Shown one piece after another: positions 40,712 to 49,674 of a stretch of DNA of 64,000 bases. The notes under the pieces were generated by a model. That model was not told the origin of the DNA. It did not search any database and was given only the letters and a program-made list of their open reading frames with translations. The DNA lies in the IMG/VR virus record IMGVR_UViG_3300032223_001001, positions 17,778 to 81,777 of that record; one strand, written 5' to 3'. Both the position numbers and the translations under genes were made by a program. The DNA comes from a virus. Each line of letters starts with the position of its first letter. The first letter of the stretch is position 1.

Positions 40712-41450
40712 ACTCAACCCCAAAAGTAATATTGAATACTACTCTTTCTCCTGACGGGGCGATTGCTGTTCTCGTTAAATCTAACGATGGTTGGTTTTTA
40801 TTTAAGAATTCACGAATATATTTTGAATCCATAATTGGCATTGACTCAATAAATTTAGATATCATCATCTTATCTTCATTACCATCAACTGAAACTATTT
40901 GTTTATTTAACTTCCACGTGATCGTTGGAACAATTCTTCCTTGAGGATAAGTTTCCGCTAATCTATCCAACTCAACTGTCTCACCATAAGTTAATAATCT
41001 TAATTTAACCGTTGAACCACATTTAGGTAATGTAGTTGTAAAAATCCCATTTTCATCTGGTTGAACTTCAGTTTTTTTGAAATCAATTTCATCTAGAATT
41101 TCAACATGATCAAACGGTTTTCCAGTTTGAGGATCCTTGAGAACTAAATTATATTCAGGACCAAATGAAGTGTTTCGTAAATACAATAAAATTGTTTGAA
41201 TATCACCCTCGATCATATCTTCAGGTCTTAAGTCATGTTCATACAACTTATTTCTAACCAACGTTAAAACAACATTGTCAGAATTCCCCCTAACTGAATT
41301 TAATAATAAATTTTCGTCTGTTGCCGTTAAAAATCCAATTTTAACAGATTTCTTTTTTGATTTGTAAAATTTCCCATTGGAAGGTAAAGTGACAACATCG
41401 TGAGGTAGTGAAAAACTCTCAGTCGCAGCTTGTAATAATTGATCATCCAT
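40692..41450 (-). CDS. Tail assembly chaperone / gp26-like hub assembly protein
   Basis: VTLPSNGKFY, LTATDENLL, LRNTSFGPEY, C-terminal GVEFFRP. Confidence 0.75.
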   Translation of the reverse strand: MDDQLLQAATESFSLPHDVVTLPSNGKFYKSKKKSVKIGFLTATDENLLLNSVRGNSDNVVLTLVRNKLYEHDLRPEDMIEGDIQTILLYLRNTSFGPEYNLVLKDPQTGKPFDHVEILDEIDFKKTEVQPDENGIFTTTLPKCGSTVKLRLLTYGETVELDRLAETYPQGRIVPTITWKLNKQIVSVDGNEDKMMISKFIESMPIMDSKYIREFLNKNQPSLDLTRTAIAPSGERVVFNITFGVEFFRPFF

Positions 41451-41454
41451 AAAT

Positions 41455-41750
41455 TAATATTTTACAAAAAACATAATTAAAAAAATCAATAAATAAAGAA
41501 AAATTTATTAAAATCGTTGAAGAAATATTTTATGAAAAATATTGTTAAAGCTATTGACTTAATTAAAAATTTTAACTACTTAATAATATATTATTATATA
41601 TATTATATAATAATATTAATATATACTAGTATATATTAATATAACCCATTCAATAACCCATTCTATTAATTTATTAATATTTTATTTATTATATAAATTA
41701 TTTTTATTATTATTTATATAAGTTATTATTATAATAGATGAAATTCCTAC
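41455..41750. other. Extremely AT-rich intergenic region with 30-bp perfect palindrome
   Basis: ATATTAATATATACTAGTATATATTAATAT 41613-41642; ATAACCCATTC x2. Confidence 0.7.
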
Positions 41751-41754
41751 TAGA

Positions 41755-42576
41755 TTAATAGTCTTTTTTAACTCCTCCAGCTGTTGAATACATTTTCAAA
41801 ATATTTTCTGGATCATCCTTGAAATGTCCTTTAACTTTTTCCAAATTTCTTAAATCGTCATCTGAAAAACCTATCTGGGGTATCGCAAATTTATTACTAA
41901 CTTTATTTTTCAAAAACGCTTTTTTATGGATAAAGTTCGATACTTCACGAATGTACGAAATAAATTCATTCAGTGCCTTAATTTTCCCGTCTTCTGGATT
42001 AGTCGCTGACCCTTCACCATAGGTAACGGGGTAAAAGCGACACAGATTCAAGTATTCACGTATTAAATCACGTTTTGGAAGTTCCTCCTCGTCCGCAATA
42101 TCACGGTATTTTATTAAATTCTTAGCTAACTCGTCTGAATTAATCCCTTGATGATTGGAAATGATTAAATTATAAACAGCTTCCTTCATGATTGATGGTG
42201 TATGACCTCTTGCTGTAACAATCGAAAAAATTGAACCATTATTTATCGCTTCAACAAAATCTGGCCAAGCTGGACCTAAATTAGCCGTCATAGAATCAAC
42301 TACGAAATTCTTATCACCAGTGGTTGTAAAATATCTAAATGGCAATTCCGCAAATCCAACAATTTTATGTCCTTTATACTCAAAAGGTTCTTTACCTACC
42401 TTAACACGATATTCCGCAAAATCTTCCGTTCCCATCGGAACTTCTTCCCCTTTATCATCCATTAATATAATTTTGGTTGGCATATACATGATATTATCAT
42501 CCCAATCAAACGCATAATATTTCATATCTGGAGTTCCTTGTTCAGTTATTCCCTCCTTAATTCTTCTTTTTTCCAT
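41755..42576 (-). CDS. HAD-superfamily phosphatase-like protein
   Basis: FDWDDNI (DxD), IVTARGH, GFSDDD; start moved to ATG 42576 after the TATTTAT motif and the sheath terminator. Confidence 0.7.
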   Translation of the reverse strand: MEKRRIKEGITEQGTPDMKYYAFDWDDNIMYMPTKIILMDDKGEEVPMGTEDFAEYRVKVGKEPFEYKGHKIVGFAELPFRYFTTTGDKNFVVDSMTANLGPAWPDFVEAINNGSIFSIVTARGHTPSIMKEAVYNLIISNHQGINSDELAKNLIKYRDIADEEELPKRDLIREYLNLCRFYPVTYGEGSATNPEDGKIKALNEFISYIREVSNFIHKKAFLKNKVSNKFAIPQIGFSDDDLRNLEKVKGHFKDDPENILKMYSTAGGVKKDY

Positions 42577-42598
42577 ATTCATAAATAGTTTATTAAAT

Positions 42599-42631
42599 AA
42601 AAAATGGGGATTAACTAACCCCCATTTTTTT
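42599..42631 (-). terminator. Terminator after tail sheath
   Basis: aaaaatgggg attaactaa ccccattttt. Confidence 0.7.
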
Positions 42632-42646
42632 ATGTTTTTTTTATTT

Positions 42647-45600
42647 TTAGATGTTGTCAAAAGACGCCCCAGATGGTGTGATATAGAATGTAATATCGAT
42701 AAATTCTAGTGCGGCGGTTGGTTTGATCCAAATCTTCCCCGTCATTTGCTTACGATCCAAGTCAGCAGCATCTGAAGATACCTCAACTCTAAAGTCGTAT
42801 AATCCACGATCACGTCTAATTGAGTCTAAAATTGGATTTACCGCGTTTAAGAAGTCTTGTCTAACCTTGTCATCATTTTGTTCGAATAAAAGTCTTACAG
42901 ACACCGCAGAAATCAATTTACGAGCTTGTAATAACAATCTTCTAACGTTCATTCTGTTTAGAGCAGAATCTTTAACTTGAAGTGTTTTGTTACCCCAAAT
43001 CACAGTACCCACGTCTGAGAATGTAGCGATAGGATTTAATCTACCATTGTACAATACATCACGATCTTCTTGTGTTAACTTTTTACGAGCTTTAATTGAA
43101 TTAACAATACCTCTAGTATAACCAGCTGCCGCAAACCATGGGAATGCAATGTTATCTGTTAAAGCGATGTTTTTAACAACTTCACCAGTTGGCGGTAAAT
43201 AGATTTGTGTATTATTATCCGTATCTTTTGTTAATACCCAAGGATAATATGTTGCAGTATAGTTAGAATCAATTCCAACGTTATCTAAATTATCTACCGC
43301 TTCTTGTGGATAAATTAATTCAGTTGTTCCTGCGTTAGGTGTTAACATGTTATAATCTGGTGTTGTTGTAACATAAATTGAATCCGCACGATCATTTTCA
43401 ATCATATCAACAACTTCTTCAACTAAATCTGAATTGTTAACATAATCAATACCTGGTGATACGAATACGTTGATATTCACAGCTTCAGGGTTAGCAAATG
43501 TTCTATAACCTAATAAATAAGCATAATAATCCGAGTTACCCCAATCTTGTGTATTATCACCAACAGTGATTTGTTTGAATGCTCCCCATCCAGTCGCATT
43601 AGGGTATTTCACTGAACATGTTGGATTAAATCCTTTTAAGAAACCAGTTCTACCGATTTTATATTTATCCTCGTTAGTTCTACGTTCTCTATATATATCC
43701 CATCCGTCAAAACCTCCAGCTACAAGTAAAGTAAATTTACGAGCGTAAAGTCTGTAATAAGGGTTTGATTCATTTGTAGGATCTGAAGTAAATTCAGCAT
43801 TACCAACATAATAAGCAGATTCTCCACTAGTTGTATAACCATTTGGAATTGTTATTGACGCAGCATTAACATCCATATGGAATCCTTTTGTTTTATAAAC
43901 CCAAGAGTCACCAGTTGAATCACATGGGGATAGAGGAGCTTGCTTACCTTTATAACCAAACATACTAATATCCACACCCATTTTATCGGAAATACCTAAA
44001 TAAGTACGTCTAACATTGTCACCATTACTAATAGTTTTGTTATCACCACCAGTTGTATAACCAAAAGGAGGATTGAAGATTTCTTCACCTGGATAATCGT
44101 ATTTAGTTTTATAGATTGGGAATGATGGTTTAGATTCAGCATATTGTCTATTTTCATACCCCTCGAATCCACAAGGTAAAGCCTCGATTGGTGCGTTTTC
44201 ATTAACCTCAACCATAATAAGTTTAGAGTTTAATTGATATTCACCATCACTAGTACCTATTTTTTTAGCGATATAACCATTGTCGCTAGGATTCATATTA
44301 CAATTTGTAAATTTCTCCAAAACAACCGGACTTTCATCTGTATCGAAGAAATCACGAACCAATACATCGAAGGTACCATTATTAAATGATATGTTAGCAA
44401 TTGAAATTTTAACTTCAGTATTAGCACCAACACCATCTGAAATAGTTGTGAATCTAAATAATTCATATACTTTACTACCACGTAGTTCAGAAACTACCCA
44501 TGGTGAGCTAGGCGTTTGATATTGTTCCAAATACCAACCAATTGAAGATGAATCCAAATTTCTCGATTCAGGCAATGCTGTTAGATCACAATTTAATCCA
44601 CGGATATATCCTTTTTTATATGCGTAGTTTAATAACACAGGATAATTTTCTTCAACGAATACTGGTACAGATTTTTTATCTTTACCGAAGTTGGATGTTC
44701 CAAATACTTTTGATAAGTATTGTGTATCCGAATTCATAAATGATGTTTCAAACGTAAAATTAGAACCATCAATATTTTTAACATTCAACGCAAATTTAGC
44801 GAATGGGTTTTTATTTACCCCAGAATATTGTCCTGAACATACCATTGATACATCCGTTAATCCTGAAACTTCATAAACCGCACCAGCACCATCTGCATTG
44901 TTACCACGTGAACGTAAAGTTGCTATAACTAAATCATCATATTGTGTATAAGCAACACCTGAATAAATGAAGATTGTACCAATTAAATTACCAGTATAAC
45001 AATCTGTTGGTTTTAATGTTGTCGTAGTTGTAGTAGTTGTTGTTCCAGTTGGAGCACAAGGATTTGTAGTTGTCGTTGTAGTCGTTGGAGGTATTGTTGT
45101 AGTCGTTGTCGTTGAAGCTGAAATTAATGTTAATCCGTCAACCACCGAGAAAAATGAAAAACCAGAATAACTAGCGTTCCCATTATTATCAAACAATGAA
45201 TAATACCATGGATCATTTTTAGGTGACGTGAAATCGATCACTGAAGCGTCAACTGAATCAACACCATAAGTGTTTGTTGATGCGGTAAACCCTAAATTCG
45301 TCATTGCCGAATAAATTGTACCAGGGACTGCACCATAATAACTAATTGAATTTCCTTCCGTACTTGGAGCGTTAATAACGTCGAATACTTGACTTTTTAA
45401 GTCATATGATAAACTAGATGTTGAACCATTAAATTGTTCATATTGACTAGTTAATTTCATTAATATTTCATCTGGGATTGCTGTTTGGTCTAAAATAATT
45501 GAATTAATATCATTATTACAACCAGTAAACGGAATTAAGAAATCAACAGTTTGATATTCAACACATTCGTCAACACAATCAATAGTTGTTGCACTAACAC

Positions 45601-45979
45601 AATTAAAATCAATCGTATTAGGATTAACATTTGCTTTAGTTGTAATAGTCCAAGATGGTCCAGCGTCATATCCAGACAACCCTAAAACTCTAGTTACAAA
45701 TAATTGGTTTGATTGTTGTAAATATGATTTCGCAATATAAGATGCTTCATATTTAGGAATTTGTGTATTTACAAATTTTTCAGGTGACGTTCCTCCAAAA
45801 TAAGTTCTGAATTCATCGTAGTTGCGAATAAATATTGGTTCAAAAGCAGGTCCCTTCAAGGTCTCACCTACCATTCCCAACGTTGTCACACCAACGCTCT
45901 GAGCTACATAACTTAAATCAACCTCTGAAGTATAAACACCTGGCGATACAAATACTTTACTGTTTGTTGATGTTGCCAT
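42647..45979 (-). CDS. Tail sheath protein (1110 aa)
   Basis: VSPGVYTSEVD, GETLKGPAF, YYPWV, WFAAAGYTRG, NPIATF..G.VIWGNKTL, NVRRLL, FEQND. Confidence 0.95.
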   Translation of the reverse strand: MATSTNSKVFVSPGVYTSEVDLSYVAQSVGVTTLGMVGETLKGPAFEPIFIRNYDEFRTYFGGTSPEKFVNTQIPKYEASYIAKSYLQQSNQLFVTRVLGLSGYDAGPSWTITTKANVNPNTIDFNCVSATTIDCVDECVEYQTVDFLIPFTGCNNDINSIILDQTAIPDEILMKLTSQYEQFNGSTSSLSYDLKSQVFDVINAPSTEGNSISYYGAVPGTIYSAMTNLGFTASTNTYGVDSVDASVIDFTSPKNDPWYYSLFDNNGNASYSGFSFFSVVDGLTLISASTTTTTTIPPTTTTTTTNPCAPTGTTTTTTTTTLKPTDCYTGNLIGTIFIYSGVAYTQYDDLVIATLRSRGNNADGAGAVYEVSGLTDVSMVCSGQYSGVNKNPFAKFALNVKNIDGSNFTFETSFMNSDTQYLSKVFGTSNFGKDKKSVPVFVEENYPVLLNYAYKKGYIRGLNCDLTALPESRNLDSSSIGWYLEQYQTPSSPWVVSELRGSKVYELFRFTTISDGVGANTEVKISIANISFNNGTFDVLVRDFFDTDESPVVLEKFTNCNMNPSDNGYIAKKIGTSDGEYQLNSKLIMVEVNENAPIEALPCGFEGYENRQYAESKPSFPIYKTKYDYPGEEIFNPPFGYTTGGDNKTISNGDNVRRTYLGISDKMGVDISMFGYKGKQAPLSPCDSTGDSWVYKTKGFHMDVNAASITIPNGYTTSGESAYYVGNAEFTSDPTNESNPYYRLYARKFTLLVAGGFDGWDIYRERRTNEDKYKIGRTGFLKGFNPTCSVKYPNATGWGAFKQITVGDNTQDWGNSDYYAYLLGYRTFANPEAVNINVFVSPGIDYVNNSDLVEEVVDMIENDRADSIYVTTTPDYNMLTPNAGTTELIYPQEAVDNLDNVGIDSNYTATYYPWVLTKDTDNNTQIYLPPTGEVVKNIALTDNIAFPWFAAAGYTRGIVNSIKARKKLTQEDRDVLYNGRLNPIATFSDVGTVIWGNKTLQVKDSALNRMNVRRLLLQARKLISAVSVRLLFEQNDDKVRQDFLNAVNPILDSIRRDRGLYDFRVEVSSDAADLDRKQMTGKIWIKPTAALEFIDITFYITPSGASFDNI

Positions 45980-46091
45980 TATCTTTTTAGGTTTTTAGTT
46001 TTTATTTATTTTTTATATAAATATCAAGGAAAATCCTAAAGTGCTTTTTTAATTATCAACTATTTATAAAAAAAGAAGAAAAAAATATATT

Positions 46092-46256
46092 ATGGAAAAT
46101 AAAGATAAAGAAATCAAAAACTTGAAAATTTCTAAAGAAACACACGAAGTGCTAAAAAAGTATTGTGAAAAAAGGGGGATTAAAATCTACTGGTTTTTAG
46201 AAAAACTTATTCTTGAAAAATGTTCGGAGAATAAAGATATCTACGGTGAAGATTAA
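46092..46256 (+). CDS. Small ribbon-helix-helix-like protein (54 aa), divergent from sheath
   Basis: MENKDKEIKNLKISKETHEVLKKYCEKRGIKIYWFLEKLILEKC...; TATTTAT at 46061. Confidence 0.7.
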   Translation: MENKDKEIKNLKISKETHEVLKKYCEKRGIKIYWFLEKLILEKCSENKDIYGED

Positions 46257-47293
46257 ACTAAATTAATTTGTAGTTTAATTGTCGATGTTAAATTATCATC
46301 CACTTTTTCAACATCAATTCTTAATACATCATTTGTATTAACTTGAATTGTATTAATATCATTTCCGTAATAATCATCGTTAATGTAAACATCATAACTA
46401 GTAACATTAATTGATTCAGTAACGATTAAATTTGTTGTATAATTGATTATTTGTTGTTTAGTAAATTCATCTTCACCATAACCAAAAGTGATTTCATTGG
46501 TTTGTTCAATAATATCAACCTTTTTTCTTGAACGTTTTTTAGGTTCATCATCTATTTCATGTATTGTCAAAACTCTACTTATTGCCGGTGACACCTCGAA
46601 TTCATTCTCGTCAATTAAAAATCCCAACATCGTGAATTCATAACTCTGGATATAATATTTTCTTTTTTCAATATCCATAACGGATTCATCCGAAATATTT
46701 CCTTGAATAATTGGAATGTAATGTCCCTTGATATTTCTATATGCTTGTCTTGATGCGAACTTTTCCAATACAATCTTATTGAATTCATTTAATTCACGCA
46801 TCCTATTACAAACAATCTTAACTTGATATGATATATCCACCGGTACTGGTTGGGGAATCTTATAGATATCCATACCATTACGTTGTCCATCCCAAGTTGG
46901 AACTTGTGCATAAAAATATTGTCTTCTATTCGGTATATTATATAATAACGCGGGATTTGTTCCATACTTAACTTCCGGAATTCTAACCACTGAAATAAAG
47001 GGGGGTTCAACATTTTTATCCAAATTTTGAATATCCCACGTTTCGGTGAATTGTGACCAGTTTTGGGTGGTAACCAATATATCTATCATTGGAATAACTT
47101 TACCATCAACGACAACTTTTAGATCTTCCTTAACAAAATCTAAAAATCCTTTATCCAAATCCGCATGTAATATTGATTTAGGTAGATAAGTACCATCTTT
47201 ATTAATCATATCAACCAAATCTTGTCTACGTTGTAGTAAAGTGTTTGGTTGGGTTAGTGGTATGTTTTTCTTAATTTTTTTTGGTAGTCCCAT
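46253..47293 (-). CDS. Tail terminator/sheath stabiliser (gp15-like)
   Basis: PFISVVR, PVPVDISYQV, FTMLGFL; upstream of sheath. Confidence 0.6.
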   Translation of the reverse strand: MGLPKKIKKNIPLTQPNTLLQRRQDLVDMINKDGTYLPKSILHADLDKGFLDFVKEDLKVVVDGKVIPMIDILVTTQNWSQFTETWDIQNLDKNVEPPFISVVRIPEVKYGTNPALLYNIPNRRQYFYAQVPTWDGQRNGMDIYKIPQPVPVDISYQVKIVCNRMRELNEFNKIVLEKFASRQAYRNIKGHYIPIIQGNISDESVMDIEKRKYYIQSYEFTMLGFLIDENEFEVSPAISRVLTIHEIDDEPKKRSRKKVDIIEQTNEITFGYGEDEFTKQQIINYTTNLIVTESINVTSYDVYINDDYYGNDINTIQVNTNDVLRIDVEKVDDNLTSTIKLQINLV

Positions 47294-47338
47294 GATATTG
47301 ATAAATATCTAATGAAGTAAAAAATAGTTGATATTGAA

Positions 47339-47437
47339 TTAATTGATTAAATTATAGGTCGACTCCAACTTTTCAACCGCAAACCTAATTTTACGATTCA
47401 GTTGTTCGTTTTGTTGTTCAGTTATAATGATTTTCAT
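47339..47437 (-). pseudogene. 32-aa internally deleted copy of the 51228-51671 gene
   Basis: MKIIITEQQNEQLNRKIRFAVEKLESTYNLIN*; ATGA overlap with upstream stop. Confidence 0.7.
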
Positions 47438-47946
47438 AATCCCCTAAATTCGTTATCACCCACCGCGGATGCCGTTATTGTTCTATAGAATGGTTTTGTA
47501 CCAGCATAAGTGTGTCTATTATCCGAGTTAACCCTTCCGTCATTATTAACAACATAATAACGAACCCTATTTTCATTTTCGTAATATCCAATATAATCAC
47601 CAAAACTAATATCAATATCCAAATCATCCAAATGTTGTTGATAAACACTAACTTTAAGATTCCCTGGTTCAAACTGGTTGATTTTGGAATTCCCGACATT
47701 TTTATTTTCAGGTTGAAGGATTTGTACATACCCATTAAACTCAACTGGTGGTAAATATTTTATACCATCTGAAGGAGTTTCACCATAAACATCATCGGTT
47801 TTTGTTTTTAATCGGTCAATCCTATATAATACTAGGGTGAAGTTCATATCACCATGAAGCCATTCCATACCCAACATTTCATCTATCCGCTGATCGGCTC
47901 CTGAAAAGAATTTATTTAACCTAGTTATTGGTACTCTACTATTCAT
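47434..47946 (-). CDS. Head closure/neck protein (gp14-like)
   Basis: LYRID...DDVYGE....Y..PVE, GDYI. Confidence 0.6.
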   Translation of the reverse strand: MNSRVPITRLNKFFSGADQRIDEMLGMEWLHGDMNFTLVLYRIDRLKTKTDDVYGETPSDGIKYLPPVEFNGYVQILQPENKNVGNSKINQFEPGNLKVSVYQQHLDDLDIDISFGDYIGYYENENRVRYYVVNNDGRVNSDNRHTYAGTKPFYRTITASAVGDNEFRGL

Positions 47947-47983
47947 TTAGTCGATTTTAATATAAATATATTGGTTATAGGTT

Positions 47984-48757
47984 TTAAACATAAATATCAC
48001 CTTCGACGTTTCCTCCTTTATCTTGAATCATTTTACGGATTTCGTCTTTTGAGTATTGTTTGGATAATGGGGTTTTGGATAAAATAAGATCACCCCCAAC
48101 TATTAAATTGTCAGGAAGAGTTGTGATTGAAGTGTTGGATAAAAAAATACCACCCTCAACCGTTAAATTATCAGGAAGAGTTGTGATTGAAGTTTTGGAT
48201 AAATAAAGATCCCCCCCAAGCGTTAAACTATCTGGAAGGGTGGTGATTGGGGTGTTGAATAAATTAAGACCACCCCCAACCGTTAAATTATCTGGAAGGG
48301 TGGTGATTGAAGTTTTGGATAAATCAAGATAACCCCCAACCGTTAAATTATCTGGAAGGGTTGTGATTGAAGTATTGGTTAAATCAAGATTACCCCCAAC
48401 CGTTAAATTGTCAGGAAGGGTGGTGATTGAAGTTTTGGATAAATTAAGACCACCTCCAACTATTAAATTATCAGGAATGGAGGTGATTGGGACACCACGT
48501 AAATCAAGACTACGTCCAATCGTTAAATTGTTAGGAAGAGTTGTGATTGAAGTTTTGGATAGATCAAGATCCCCCCCAACCGTTAAACCATTAGGAAGAG
48601 TTGTGATTGAAGTTTTGGATAAATAAAGATCACCTTTAACATTTAAATCATCCTTGGTTATTGATCCTGGATCATATAATAGTTTGACTTTAATAGGTGT
48701 CTTATATTCTGGTCTATTGGATTCGATAAAATTAAATAAATTGGATATGTTAGTCAT
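47984..48757 (-). CDS. Leucine-rich-repeat protein, ~10 x 20-aa repeats
   Basis: LTVGGxLxLxxTxITTLPDN repeats with N/C caps. Confidence 0.9.
   Translation of the reverse strand: MTNISNLFNFIESNRPEYKTPIKVKLLYDPGSITKDDLNVKGDLYLSKTSITTLPNGLTVGGDLDLSKTSITTLPNNLTIGRSLDLRGVPITSIPDNLIVGGGLNLSKTSITTLPDNLTVGGNLDLTNTSITTLPDNLTVGGYLDLSKTSITTLPDNLTVGGGLNLFNTPITTLPDSLTLGGDLYLSKTSITTLPDNLTVEGGIFLSNTSITTLPDNLIVGGDLILSKTPLSKQYSKDEIRKMIQDKGGNVEGDIYV
48060..48650. repeat. 60-bp tandem coding repeat array (LRR gene B)
   Basis: Exact 60-nt periodicity. Confidence 0.9.
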
Positions 48758-48779
48758 GTTAAATTATTGGATTAAAGTT

Positions 48780-49673
48780 TTAAACATAAAAACCACGTTC
48801 GACGTTTCCTCCTTTATCTTGAATCATTTTACGAATTTCATCTTCCGAGTATTGTTTGGATAATGGGGTATGGGATAAACTAAGACCACCCCCGACCCTT
48901 AAATTATCTGGAAGGGTGGTGATTGATGATCTATCTAAAAAAAGAAAACCCCCGACCGTTAAATTGTCAGGAAGGGAAGTGATTGAAGTATTGGTTAAAT
49001 TAAGATCACCCCCAACCGTTAAATTATCTGGAATGGAGGTGATTGAAGTTTTGGATAAATCAAGATAACCCCCAACCGTTAAATTGTCAGGAATGGAGGT
49101 GATTGGGGTACCACGTAAATCAAGACTACGTCCAATCGTTAAATTGTTAGGAAGAGTGGTGATTGATGATCTATCTAAATAAAGATTACCCCCAACCGTT
49201 AAATTATCTGGAAGAGTTGTGATTGGGACACCACGTAAATCAAGATTACCCCCAACCGTTAAATTATCTGGAAGAGTTGTGATTGGGACACCACGTAAAT
49301 CAAGATTACCCCCAACCGTTAAATTATCTGGAAGGGTTGTGATTGAAGTTTTGGATAAATAAAGACCACCTCCAACCGTTAAATTATCTGGAAGGGTGGT
49401 GATTGGGGTGTAAAGTAAATCAAGATCACCCCCAACCGTTAAATTGTCAGGAAGAGTTGTGATTGGGGTATTGGATAAATAAAGATAACCCCCAACCGTT
49501 AAATTATCAGGAAGAGTTGTGATTGGGACACCACGTAAATCAAGATTACCTTTAATATTTAAGTCATCCTCGGTTATTGATCTTGGATCATGTAATAGTT
49601 TGAATTTAAGAGGTACCTTATATTCTGGTCTATTGGATTCGATAAAATTAAATAAATTGGATATGTTAGTCAT
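48780..49673 (-). CDS. Leucine-rich-repeat protein, ~12 x 20-aa repeats (paralog)
   Basis: Same N-cap MTNISNLFNFIESNRPEY as gene B, so true start is ATG 49673. Confidence 0.9.
   Translation of the reverse strand: MTNISNLFNFIESNRPEYKVPLKFKLLHDPRSITEDDLNIKGNLDLRGVPITTLPDNLTVGGYLYLSNTPITTLPDNLTVGGDLDLLYTPITTLPDNLTVGGGLYLSKTSITTLPDNLTVGGNLDLRGVPITTLPDNLTVGGNLDLRGVPITTLPDNLTVGGNLYLDRSSITTLPNNLTIGRSLDLRGTPITSIPDNLTVGGYLDLSKTSITSIPDNLTVGGDLNLTNTSITSLPDNLTVGGFLFLDRSSITTLPDNLRVGGGLSLSHTPLSKQYSEDEIRKMIQDKGGNVERGFYV
48855..49562. repeat. 60-bp tandem coding repeat array (LRR gene A)
   Basis: Exact 60-nt periodicity; two adjacent near-identical units around 49200-49320. Confidence 0.9.
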
Positions 49674-49674
49674 G

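Noticed and set aside
42577-42660. N-terminal extension of the HAD-like ORF
   Set aside because: Runs through the sheath terminator and the TATTTAT motif
48060-49562. 60-bp periodic repeats as a CRISPR array
   Set aside because: In-frame coding LRR units with no unique spacers; no cas genes nearby
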